This document shows positions 51,201-63,010 of a DNA stretch of 64,000 nucleotides, in pieces (positions within the stretch are counted from its first letter, which is position 1; every line of letters starts with the position of its first letter). Origin of the DNA: Dimorphilus gyrociliatus (lineage: Eukaryota > Animalia > Annelida). A program made the translations under genes and the position numbers. The notes under the pieces were generated by a model. The model was not told the DNA's origin and did no database searches. It saw nothing but the letters and a program-made list of their open reading frames with translations. Location: NCBI GenBank assembly GCA_904063045.1, contig CAJFCJ010000084.1, positions 14,384-78,383 of the forward strand, in the 5' to 3' direction.

Positions 51201-54095
51201 TGGTTTGGTTTTCAAACTGTAAATAAAACTATTGAACATTTATCAATTGAGAATTGTCCACTGAAGAAGAGCGATTGTGTTGCACTCACCGAAATTTGTA
51301 AAACTTTTACAAACCTCAAATCGTTACATCTGTCCGAAAATGTTTGTCTGAACGACGAAATTGTTCATATTTTGGAACATTTCTATATTCAAAATCATTC
51401 AAAATTTAAAAGTATAAATCTATCGAAGTGTCTGTTGAATTTTCAACATTTCAACATTTTAGACAAACTACTAGCAATCTCCACAAATCTAAATGAATTG
51501 GATTTATCCTATAACACCGATCCTGGAGGAAAGTTTTCCTCCTTATGCAATAGTTTGAATTTAGCCAATAGCGCGTTGAGTATTGTCAAATTGATTGATT
51601 GTCACCTAACCGAAACTAGCTTGGAAAAATTATCAAACCTATTTGAACATTGTAACAATTTAACGGAAGTCAATCTAACCGGAAATAGAATTTTAAAATC
51701 AACTTCCGAGTTAATATTCTCATCGTTAAAAGCTTCTTGTAGATCGTTAAAAGCTTCTTGTAGATCGTTAAAAAAGTTGATATTTTCAAATTGTTCATTA
51801 GAATTGGATAGGAGAACAAACAGTATTGCGAAATTATTGAAAGAATGTTGCAAACTTTAGCTATAACGAAAAGTATAGCAGAGAGGTAATTAAAGGTTTA
51901 AAATCATCATCTATCTTCCTATCAGTGCTTAAACTCAGATCTTGTAACCTCAATCAAGATGATATAAAACTCTTGAATGGTCTATTCATGTACTGTAAAT
52001 ACTTGACTCATCTGGATTTGAGCGAAAATAGGCAACTTGGTGGAAAAATTGCAAATATTTTCCATTCGTTGCATCTCTCTTATTCAAGTTTAAAGATACT
52101 GAAAATTGATTCTTGTAATTTAACAATAAAAAAATGGACAAGATTTGGCGAAATTATTTAACGAGTGCATGAATTTAACGGAAATTAACATTGCTGACAA
52201 TGAAGATTTGCACAAATGCCTTGAAATGATATCCGAATCTTTGGAGAATTGTTCTCATACCATTAAAATATTAAACTTTTCAAACTGTATGATTGATCAA
52301 GAAAATGGAGTAGCGTTGGCGAAACTACTCTACAAATGCGAATATTTGGAAGAGATTAATCCAAGTTTCTCCAGAGAATTGGATCATCGTTACTCGGGAA
52401 TTACAAGTGAAATATTCAAGCGACTTGAAAGTTCAGTTCTGAATTTGAAAGCTATCCAAATTTCTTTCCAACATTTAGACACTGCCGGAAAGAATCAATT
52501 TATTCACTTGTTGGCGAAATGCCTATATCTACGAAAACTGGTAGTAAAAGCGGACGCAAATCAAGAAATAGAGATTAAGTGTAGAACTATTGAAAAGGTG
52601 AAGGCGAAAGAGGAAAGTTATTGGAATATGAAACTTTCTCCATGGATTTTTGATACTCGTAAAGATATCTTTCTCGGCAATTCTCGCGTTATCTTGAACC
52701 ACCAACAAAATCTGACTAGAAACGATAGTCTTTTAGAAACGATACAAGAATTTCATAAAATTCAACTCAGCCAAATCAACTTTCTACCAGTTATCGATGT
52801 GGGTGATGTACCAATATGCTCATCGTTCGATTCGTTTTAAATGCCATTGCTGTTGAGCGAACTCTATCCTCAATCAAACGCCAACTGCCCAAACGAATTA
52901 TGCAACATTCAAAGTTTTGACACTGTGTTTAGAACAAACCACACTACATGCATCATTGGATCAGCTCAGAAAGGTAAGACAACCCACCTAAACAGACTGA
53001 TCTATCTATGGTCCGTTAAAAAATCAATCTTACAAGATATTTTAGTATTGAAAGTTCCCTTTTACGCAATCAATAAGAATAAATCATTTATAGACGATAT
53101 CATAGATTTCAATTATCCAAATAAGGATAAAACTCTATCTTCTTCAATAGAGTCATTTTTGAAAAATACACAAAAAAGGGTGATTTTCTTCATTGATGAC
53201 GGTGATGATTATTTTCAAAATCCTAATTCTATCTTGAACGATTGGTTCAATAAATCAGAAATAGGAAATCATCCAAAATTAATTTGGGTTAGAAATCTTC
53301 ATCGTTTAAATAATTCGTTAAATTCAATTTTTCGTATTAACGGTATTTCTCCAAAAGCAATTTTAAGATTTTTGAGTAATTTTTTAAAACCCAATTTTAC
53401 ACCAAGACAAATTGTGAAATATGAAGAGAAATTCTATAATTGGATTTCAACAGCAAAACAACTTTACAGATTTTGCAGTCATCCTCTCCGAATACTCATT
53501 TGTTATATTCTATTACCAAAGAAATTTAATCAAGAACTCTTCATCTTGGATACATCTGTTGTTTATTTTGTTAAAATATTGGCTGTCGGCTGTTGAAGAT
53601 TATTATTTACAAAAGATCACTTCAAAGTGTTGCCAACAGTTGAAAGTGTTGGTTACGAATAATTTCAAACTATTGTAAATTACTGCTATGTTTTGTGAAA
53701 ACAAAAATTCAAGCCATTCAAAAAATTTCGATATTTTACGAAAAAATGAATACAATTTCTATACAATTTTCATGCCACAATTCCCACTTCCGGTTTATAT
53801 TTGGAGAAGATTACGCCAACTTTTCAATATTTAATACAAAATTTCTATCCCAAATGAAAGAGGTGATGAATGATAAAAGATATCCAACAAGGAAAACAAT
53901 TTCCTTCAACCTATCCAATTTGGATATGACCAATTACAATCTAAAGGAGATTTTACAGAATTTACAATGTGTCCAACTCTCTTGTACGTATGTAATTGTA
54001 ATAGTAAGCAGTAGTTGATGTGGTTGTGTGAAATGGAACACCTGGATTAGGGTTCACCATTCTTATTCTCATATTCAATTTTTCTAACAATGTTT
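48280..54095 (-). CDS. MAM-MAM-trypsin-fold serine protease homologue (catalytically inactive), multi-exon
   Basis: MAM motifs LLITP...QF, VGIDNITV..C and DWRAVV...CISF; protease CGK...FPWLV, RCAGILIHERFVLSSATCV (His to Thr), DYDIALL, QTAGTPLNC (Ser to Ala); most splice phases consistent; stop at 48280-48282; 5' end unresolved. Confidence 0.75.
50796..53987 (+). pseudogene. Degenerate NLR-like segment with LRRs N-terminal to a NACHT NTPase
   Basis: RI-type LRRs 50820-52560; Walker A IIGSAQKGKTT and Walker B VIFFIDDGDD in 52841-53596; helical region to about 53987; several frameshifts and stops; 21-bp tandem duplication near 51727-51768; no introns. Confidence 0.8.
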
Positions 54096-54165
54096 ACAAT
54101 TAAAGTAAATACTAAAAGAAGAAATTTCAATAAATGAGTTATTGGTACAATGCTTAAAACACAGC

Positions 54166-54402
54166 TTAGTTGTCTATTCTACAATAGGTGAAATGTGTCT
54201 TTTTCTCAATTTCGCCGCGTTCTTTAAAGACACTTTCATCAACCGAATTAACTATAATAGCCATAACTGGATTATTTATCGCTTGAACGAATATTGAATA
54301 GCTATAGATACTTGAAAAGTTTAATAACAATGGATCAGTTGTGTGCTTTGAAAGATAGAAAAGGAGTGAGGAAAATACAAAAGCTAGCATCATTATGCAC
54401 AA
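54166..54402 (-). pseudogene. TM6-TM7 fragment of a GPCR related to 58409-59341
   Basis: FVQAINNPVMAIIVN versus LLQATNNPIITILGN. Confidence 0.6.
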
Positions 54403-55159
54403 TTGAAAAAGAGAATCAATCAGCTAGGTTGTTTGTATTCATAGTTGTTTAGTTGTCAAAGTATATACAACAACAAAGTAAACAAACAAATTGAGAAGGC
54501 ATAAATCAGAATACCCTAATCCCAATCTAGCTTTATCTTAATGCTCCTTATGATAAAAGTAGTGGGAGACTACTAGCGCCATCTGTTACTTTAATAATAG
54601 TGCTATTATTCAAGTTATTTTGGTAGAAACTCAGCTTCTCATAAATATTTCTCTTTTTTTGTATTACATTCTTTAGAAATGAACTTTCTTGTATTGTAAT
54701 TGTAGGAGAAAATGTCCTAACAGGGTAAAGTTTTGGGTTAGCTTAAATGCTCTTTTAAGGTTATGGATATTGAGTAGGGCTACACACTGAAGGTTAGGAT
54801 AATCAAAATGGTTACAAGTTCACTGACCAATGGGTTAGGAGTAAAACACAAATATTAGAACATTTTCTCCCTCACCTAATTTTAATCAATATTGAACAGG
54901 AGAATAGAAGAAGGTTAGATTCATATTAAACTCAAAACAAGCTTTAAAATACTTAAAGGGTATTTACTCCTGTCAAAACATTCAATACACTGAATGAAAT
55001 TGTTGTCATATAATTTCCTTGTTTTATGAGGCAAGAAAGAATACCGGTTAGTAACCTGGAGATCAAAGTCATAATCCGTCTTCTTGCTCTAGAGCAGCCA
55101 TGTTTGGTAGTACAATCAATAATTTTTTTCCCATTATTAAAATAAAAGACTGGAAATAT

Positions 55160-56356
55160 AATGTCTGCTAAAGTTTTGTGATTATCCTTTCTACTCTTGT
55201 CTATGACTTCACTTCAATCAACAATGGGCAATGGCAATCTTTGTATCATAGACTTTTCCGATAAAATTTTGGTGAAAAAGGGGGTTATTGATTGTTTACA
55301 ATGTGGTGCAGTTTTGGAAAATCGTTCAATGACGGAAGAAATGAACACGTTTAATGCTGAAAAGCTTTGAGGAAATTATAAAAAGTTTATGGAATGTCTG
55401 AAAATGAAGCCCTTTTGCCTTGAAAATGAAAGCGACAAGATACGATTTATTGCAGATTTCTGTCAAAAAGGTATGTTGTTTTTATTGTTGAGCTTCTTCT
55501 TTTTTTTTAAACTCCAAATTCGAATTGTTTCTTGCAAAGAAATATAAAACAAAAACATCATTTAGATTGCCAATATAAATTAAAAGACTGTGAAAAATAG
55601 AGTGGTTTGAAGATTGTGACTTATGGTTCTGCTTGAGAGAAAAGCTATTGAAATGTGGAGCCTTTAGAGGCTCCAATTTTCAAATCGTTTCAATCATTGG
55701 ACAATAAATGTCTGTGACACTTTGAATATACATTACAGATTTATTTAAATCTTTCACATTTGTAACAGGTTCTGGTGAGTGTAATTTTCTTCAGAGAATG
55801 TTCAATGTAAGATCTATCCCAAAATGTTTTGAAACACTTAAAATTGATAATGAAATGATATCAAAGTGGATTAGAGAAAGTTATCAAGCAGATACAATAG
55901 TTGACAATCTAATCCAAAAGTTGGATAAAACTGATCTTGATGTCGCGGTGGAATGTGTGAGAGAGTTTTTTGAAAATCAACCATCTGGAAATGTTAGAGC
56001 AATAGCTAAACTCTATCATGAATTTATTGATTCTTCGCCTGACAGAAGATGTCTACCTAAAATATACACTTGCTTGTCTCAATACAATGGATAAAATGAA
56101 AATAAAGAAACTTGTAGGCATTACTTTTCGTCACATGAGCCAAGTTATGAGCAAAGTGATTAATAAATACAAAAATAATCTGGATCCTAAAATGTTCAGC
56201 AAGATATATCTAGAAATGCATCAAAATATTCCACAAGCAACAGATTTCGTTGAGGAATTTAGGAAAGAAGTTCCACCTTGCAATGAAAAATTTTTGGACT
56301 ATGAAGATGGAAAAACTATGTTCATTTTGGATAAATATATCAAAGTTGAACTGTAG
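55160..56356 (+). pseudogene. Unassigned multi-exon coding remnant with a CxxC zinc-binding motif
   Basis: GVIDCLQCGAVLEN, splice-like signals (aaaag/gtatgt, gagtgtaat...ttcag) and helical ORFs 55798-56094 and 56018-56356; stops and frameshifts. Confidence 0.3.
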
Positions 56357-56699
56357 TGTACACATTTATGTCATTATCACGCACTAAACACAAAATTGTC
56401 TATGACTTGTGGTATATAAAAAATGAAAAAAAATCCAACATTCTATTCTGTTTTCTATAATTCAGTAAAATCTACCAAATGTCTCATTTTGAATATATAC
56501 AAAACAAGAAACAAATGAATTTTCCATACTCCAAATATTTTTAGAAAGACGAATAAATTCAATTTGAAGACTTTTCAAATTTTTGGGAGGTCAGAAATGC
56601 TTACAAAATTTAAACATTAAATACTATGGAAATTGATTGTGATCTATTGCATGGCTTGGAAAAAAATGATCCAACAAATTTTATATTCATTAATTGCAT

Positions 56700-57100
56700 T
56701 ATTTCTTCTCATTTATGTTGGTTTATTTCCTGTAAAACTAAATTTACAATGATTATTCTACTGGATTATTACATGTGTGAAAAAGTTCTATGCTTATATA
56801 GGAGAGGGAATTCAACAGCTCTCTTTGATAAATTGAAATCAAATTCACAAATAAGTGTAATGAGTCTTGATCGTAAAAGTTGGAAGTCTGCATTATTTGA
56901 AAATCGACTATCTGATGGTTGTTGGATACGCACATGTTTTACCAGAACTATTTGTATTATTTGAGAATTTTGTGCAGGTTGTGGACACTACTAATGAAAT
57001 TTTAACCTGCAAAGTGGTATGTTTTATGATTTCCTACCATCTGGCTTTAAGTGCATTTGAAGCTTAAAATATAGTGCTGCTGCCTACTGCAAAGGATTGC
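56700..57100 (+). pseudogene. Probable degraded GPCR TM1-TM3 fragment
   Basis: GNSTAL, YLMVVGYAHVLPEL and LTCKVVCFMISY in shifting frames. Confidence 0.35.
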
Positions 57101-57384
57101 AAGATTGAACTTCCCAAATCGGCAAAATAGCACTTTTTCAATAGCCTCTCTTATGATTCAATTCTGTTGAAAAAACAAGTCTGTACAGCAAATACTTGAT
57201 TTTTGCTTCTAGATAAAGGAAAAGCTAGGAAATAATTGAAAAGTGTTTGTAATAATGATGTCAAGTCTTCTGATAGAAAAATTACTTTTGGGCTTCTAAG
57301 AAATGAATTTCAGTCAGGCTGTTACTGTTAAAAAATAGCTAAGAGGCCTTTTATAGTTAGTTAAAGAGCTGCAAACTCTAATAG

Positions 57385-57790
57385 ACCTTATTCTTAGACT
57401 GTTTACCGAATCGTGGGGCTTATTCAGTGGAGAAGGCTGTTCCTGAGTATTTCCCTGTTTAGCCTGACAAAAGGGGAACACTCCCCGAAACATCACCTTT
57501 AGAAGTAAGAGAGTGTTTTAATTGCAGTCAACCATCCAGATATTCCTCTGGAGAAGTTGACATCCCTTACAGAGAAAGGTACAAGAAGGGGAAAAGACTA
57601 GGAATGAGTTGTTCTAGATAACTATTCTTGCATATCGACCTAACCCACTCCATGAAGGTCTTAGTGAGAGTGCATTCCTCCAGGATGTTATTCCATTACT
57701 TAGTGGATTAAAGGTACTCTCATCTAACCCTTGGATTGAACCTCTGCCTAACATACAGTTTGGTAGGGTTATTCTTACAATTAGGTGAAA
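57385..57790 (+). mobile_element. LINE apurinic-endonuclease-like remnant
   Basis: DLILRLFTESW, YRERYKKGKRLG and ITILAYRPNP..F resemble APE motifs (TETW, YRxDR..GG, YRPP); GC-richer patch. Confidence 0.45.
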
Positions 57791-58408
57791 CCCTGTCTAA
57801 TATACACAAGTCAATTATATTTTTATTGCTATTTTTGTTAGAATTCCTGTGTTTCCTGTGCTTTTGTGCAAGTTTTTTCTGTTGAGGAGATTTTCTGTTG
57901 ATTATAAAATTTCATTTATTGAGAATATTTATAGAAAAAATTTAAAGGATCTATTTCCGTGAGGACTTTGTGACAAGCCAATATTACTTACAATAGCAAT
58001 ACAATAAGAGTACTCTCTATACATTCTTCCTCTCTGCCAATCCATTACTTTGACTGAAAATTTGTTACTTTACTTGATTTTTCCTGTTCACATTGTAGAA
58101 ATCATTTCTGCAAGAAAGCTTCTACTTTAATCAGTTAAAATCTAATCTAAGAGTGAATTTGTTGGTATCATGTCACATATTAAAATATGTTTATCACTTT
58201 ACATAAAACATCAGAGTTCTGACAACTTTCCAACTGTTTCTATTTAAGGTTCTGACCTTTAGAAATTTTATTTTCTTTCTGCCTGTCTCCAAATAGTTAA
58301 TGATGAGATATAAGAGATAAGAATATTAATGATCACGTGAACAATATTGGAGTCAGATTTGAAGACAATAGAACTCAGCTCCAAAGTAAGACTCTATGGT
58401 TTTGTTTA

Positions 58409-59341
58409 TTATTGTTCTGAAGGTGAGATAATATGTCTAGATTTCATTAGCTTCTTTAATGACAATTTTATGCTTGTATTACCAAGAATAGTTATAATTG
58501 GATTATTTGTAGCTTGCAGTAAGGTCAAATAATCTGCCAGACTTGCTAGTTTTATTAATAGTTTGCTAGAACTAATCATTGTGGTACATTTGATAATTGT
58601 TAAGATTGTCCATAGGAAGATCATCAAGCTTAATTGTAGTAGAGTTGCTTTAGAAGATTTTGAAGTATTTTGAATTTGATGTGTTTGTAATTTTAAATTA
58701 ATGGCATGTAATTTAGCAATTTTAACAGTTTTAATATGTAATAATAAAGCTCCAGAAACAACTGGTGAAAGTAGTGCAACATAGAAAAAATAATATTGAT
58801 ATCCAACAACCATATATCCTTGGCAAACAGTATCTTTAACCTTTGTTATGAATGATATATAATATGGAAATAGGCAGATGATAACTGGTAATAGAAAAAC
58901 ACATAGCATAATGAATATTACTCTTCTACGAGTAAAATATCTTCGATAGTGAAATGGATATTTTACAACTGTATATCTATAGATGAAAACAGAAAAAAGG
59001 AAATACTGAGCTTCAGTATAAATTATTACATCAGTCAAATTTATAATCACACAAAGAAATGGGTATAAATGATCAGTATTCGATACTTGTCTAAAAATTA
59101 TTCCTATGGATTGCCATATTACTAATGTTAAATCACATGATGCTCCTGCAGGTATAAATATTACAACTGTCTCCCTAACATTTTTAAATCTTCCATAAGA
59201 AAACAACACAAGACTATTTAAAATTGTTCCTGCTATGAAAAGTAAGCAAGCTGTTCCTGACAGAATAAACACTTCCCATGTTCTATATTCAATGTTAAAA
59301 TGTAAAGGTAAAGAAGTAAAATTTTCAGTTGGGTAGTTCAT
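58409..59341 (-). CDS. Intact intronless rhodopsin-class orphan GPCR (310 aa)
   Basis: N-glycosylation sites, seven hydrophobic segments, TM1 GTILNSLV, TM2 ASCDL, Cys at the TM3 start, IYRY in place of DRY, TM7 NNPII. Confidence 0.9.
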   Translation of the reverse strand: MNYPTENFTSLPLHFNIEYRTWEVFILSGTACLLFIAGTILNSLVLFSYGRFKNVRETVVIFIPAGASCDLTLVIWQSIGIIFRQVSNTDHLYPFLCVIINLTDVIIYTEAQYFLFSVFIYRYTVVKYPFHYRRYFTRRRVIFIMLCVFLLPVIICLFPYYISFITKVKDTVCQGYMVVGYQYYFFYVALLSPVVSGALLLHIKTVKIAKLHAINLKLQTHQIQNTSKSSKATLLQLSLMIFLWTILTIIKCTTMISSSKLLIKLASLADYLTLLQATNNPIITILGNTSIKLSLKKLMKSRHIISPSEQ

Positions 59342-60095
59342 GTCAAGGTAATGCTTTTATTAAGTATGATTCAAAAAACTTGATTATTTCTTTTTTATAA
59401 ATAGTTAAAGTCACTGACATCATTCTCTAATTACTTAAAAAGTAACAATAAATGAAAAATGAGTTGTTAATGCCTTAATGGCATTTTTAACCTAAAATAA
59501 ATGTACATTTATAAAGAGTTCAAAGTTACTTTACATACTTAGTTCTCATTCCATAGAGAATATTTCCTTTTTGAATGGATTTAGAAAATATCCAATTTGA
59601 CAGCAATACTGCAATGATATCCATATTCCTTTTGATCTTTATCAAAAGAATTGAATATTTGCCATCTAATATTCTCTATTAAGGTATACAAATGTTAACA
59701 TTAGACTAACAGTACTTCTTAGTTTAATTCATAAACTATTTATTGAATAATCACCAAGATATTATAATTCAAATATGGGAGAGGGTTTCTATGAAGTTTG
59801 TAATTGACTTTCTCATTTGTGGAATATCATAAAACATGCTAACAAAACATTTATACTTCATGGGGCAAATTCTAAAAGATAAAGCTTTGAAATTTGTTAA
59901 ATGGCTGCATATCAGCCATTTTTATATTTAACTGTCACTCTTAATTGCTAGTCATGTCATTAAAAAGTTTTATTAAAATCTCAGTTTTAACAAGTTTGAG
60001 TTAGGTTGGGCCTGCAGAGGACTACATTTTATAATGTAGGCAAAAATAAGTCAGTAAAGGCCAGTTTAATTGATGTTCCAGGATAAGCTTTAAAA

Positions 60096-62150
60096 GGGGT
60101 CGACAGAAAACATCCATGAAAGAAAATGTCCATTAAAATAAATTTCATTTAAATATAAATATATGTTGAAAAAGTAAACCTTTGGTAAAAGAATATGTTA
60201 AACATATACTTAATAAATGAAATATTCACAAAAAAAATCACTTAACTTTTCCTATTAGCTTAATTTTTTAGGAATTATATTTCCTTATGGAGCGAAAGAA
60301 AACGTCCATAAAGTGAAAGAAAACATCCATACAGTAAAAGAAAATGTCTATAAACTAAAAGTAAATATCCATGAACTAAAAGAAAACATAAATAAAAATA
60401 AATTTCATTTAAATGTAAATCTATATTGAAAAACAAGTTAATAGAAAACTTTTTATATATGCAACTTTAGGTTTACCATATAAATTGTGTATTGATTATT
60501 TGTAAACAACTTTAAAACAAAGACAAACTATTATTTTCAATAATATAATTCTGAGGAAAGCTGCAGAAGCTGGTTTGCATTAATTTCACCTGTTTTAAAA
60601 TTTTCCCAAATTAAGAAAAGATCTTTTTGCTATAAGTCTTCCTTTGAAGTCTAATTATCTTTCTCTCACTTAAAAGCTTTTTGTACAGATTTATCATGTC
60701 TGCTTCCCTCTTTAACTTATCAATCACTAAATAAAAAGAAACATTTTCTCCAACAATTTTATTCAGCCTTTGATGATAACCTTCCAGATCATTATTTGTC
60801 CTTATGCTTTGATCAAAAACAGACCAAGTCTCTGGAGACCAAAATGTATTTTTTATCCAAGTATTAGACACATAGTCCAACAAATCAGCCATTTTATTTC
60901 CTTTTGTCAGTTGATTTTGAATTTTAGTGAATTGATTTTCAATCATACCATGAGGCAAATATGGCAAAGACATAATCATTCTCATGGATTCCCAAGCTCC
61001 CTGTTTTTTTCTAAATTCCCTGCTATAACCGAGTTCCTTAAACAAAACAAATATTAATTGGATTGTTAAAAATTTTAGAAATTAATAAACCTGAATTTTT
61101 CTAAATATTACCTGAGACCAGTGAAATGAACATCCAGTCAAGACAGCATCAGGCCATATATTTTGTAAAGTTTTCCAAACAGCCTTTTCATAGTCTAAGA
61201 CTATTTTCTTAAGAGCACAATTTTCAGCTAAATCCTTCACAGCCTTAAAAATTTAACATGATTGCTTATTAGTAAGTATATTTATGAAATGTAATTCCTA
61301 CCTGGAAAAGTAGTTTATATGCTCTCTTTTTTTTAGAAGACAGAAAAGAAAAAAGCAATGGAACTTGCTTAAGCTGTCCATTTTTTTTCAAAAATACATG
61401 AATAGAGTACATTTGAATGAAAGGTTCATTGGCAATCTTAAAAGTACCATCAAGGTACCAAATTTTCCCCTTTGACAATAGCTCCAATTGATGATTTGTT
61501 GCAAAGATAACGATCCTCTCATTATTCATATTTATATCCTTCTTTAAAAATTCAGGAGGAATGAATGTCATATTCAGCTCAAAGTTTTTATCATTGGGTA
61601 CAATAGGCCTGTTCTTCCTTCTATTCCAATTTGCCACTTCTTTACAATTAGTTATATTTGGTAAGTTTGAAATACTAGAATACTTGACAAGAACATTTTC
61701 AGCAATTCTTTTACCTGAAGAATTTATATCACCAGAACAATTGTCTTTGATTTCATTTCTTATACGAATCCTGGTTTCTAAATTTTTTATTGGTGAATGA
61801 CAATGAATGTTTGTCCCAATTGCAAAATTGCTTCCTTTTTGATTGATGCTTGCTTTACATTTTCTTTTTTTGCTTCTGACAGAACAAGTCCATACAGTAG
61901 TTGTTTTTGTTTTTAATTTGATAGTATATGAAAAACCTTTGTGAAAAAGTAAGTCTTTGCCTTTTTGACTTCCATTTGGCAGAATTTTAAAATGAAATTG
62001 TCAGAAGAATTTTCTTTGGCAGATGTTTCACTTTCAAAAGATTCTTCCTCAATTTTTTCAGATTCTATATATGCATTTTGAATTGTTTCAAAATTTTCAA
62101 CTTCAATTTCATAATAATTATAATTTTTTTATGGAATTCAGGTGGTAAAT
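60096..62150 (-). mobile_element. MULE DNA transposon: FLYWCH-like finger plus DDE transposase with two introns; one terminus at 60096
   Basis: WTCSVR..CKA..HCH; WYLDGTF; VLDYEKAVW...GCSFHWSQ; RTNNDLEGYH. Phase-0 introns at 61301-61244 and 61090-61037; one N-terminal frameshift near 61990; TIR-like GGGGTCGACAGAAAACATCC at 60096; 21-bp subterminal repeats at 60295-60395. Confidence 0.88.
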
Positions 62151-62804
62151 ATATAAAGTATATGTTGTTATTGTATATCCAGAGTACAGGGTTTTCGATT
62201 AGGGAAATGAGTTAGGACCATTCACAAAACCTAGTTTTTCCTGTTGTTAAAGGATCAAATAAGTTTTCTTTTCTCGATTTGGAAAGTTGATGTGAGAGAT
62301 GTCTTGTTTCAAGAGTAATTTGAAGGATTTTCCCCAGAGTTAGGAGATTTTGAATTTTTAATAAATCAAAATATTATGTGTTGATCAGCATATAGATTTT
62401 CTTGTTGTTAATGAGAGATTTTAGATAATATTATTATCTCCCAATTAAATCTTTGTTAAATTTTTAACAAATGCACAAGCAGTTGTTTTTAGGTTAAAAT
62501 TTTTTGTAAATTTGGACATTTCACCCTGTTCCAGTTTTGTAGGTGTACAACTTGTGCATATATTTTAGTACAATTTAAATCATTCTAGGCCAAACACCTA
62601 TTTGACTCACAAACCATTTAAGTTATGTTTAATTGCACATGGGATGGCTCTTATTTAGATGGTTGCAACCCAAAAAAAGATCAACAGCCAAATATTTTAC
62701 ATTTCATATATATTGTCTTAGAATCAGAGAAAAGTATTCAAGTATGAGATAAAACTTTTTAATACTACTGAAAAGTATTCTCTTTCCTGTCTAAACTTAT
62801 TTTA

Positions 62805-63010
62805 GGGGATGACAGAAAACGTCCCCAAGTGATATTTTTGAAAGCAAGATTTCAGATTGAAAAATGGTTAGCAGGAGTAAAGTAGCTTTTGATTTGTAGT
62901 TAGGGGGTTCCATCTAAGGGTTAGGGGTAATCAAAAAGGTTAGAGAGAGACAAGGGCTAGGTTAGGGTTAGGGTTAAACCATGAATTTGGGGACGTTTTC
63001 TGTCGTATCC
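62805..63010. mobile_element. 206-bp MULE-type MITE with 24-bp TIRs and a perfect 9-bp TSD
   Basis: Ends GGGGATGACAGAAAACGTCCCCAA and TTGGGGACGTTTTCTGTCGTATCC; CTTATTTTA at both 62796-62804 and 63011-63019; TTAGGG-like repeats inside. Confidence 0.9.

Noticed and set aside
31523-52840. TAA read as Tyr (stops at 31523, 42089, 42155 and 52838 fall where Tyr is plausible)
   Set aside because: True termini in this window also use TAA, Tyr codons are one substitution from TAA, and the same loci carry TAG/TGA stops or frameshifts. Ordinary decay explains it.
50796-53987. Exact in-frame circular join of the NLR-like block (eccDNA reinsertion)
   Set aside because: Joining its end to its start gives a frameshift at either possible boundary, so the idea is unsupported as it stands.
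54573-54585. CTCF-like motif CAGATGGCGCTAG (minus strand)
   Set aside because: A single short match within repeat-like DNA, with no supporting evidence.
60295-60395. 21-bp tandem repeats as a CRISPR-like array
   Set aside because: No spacers, eukaryotic context, and the unit carries the MULE TIR core, so these are subterminal repeats.
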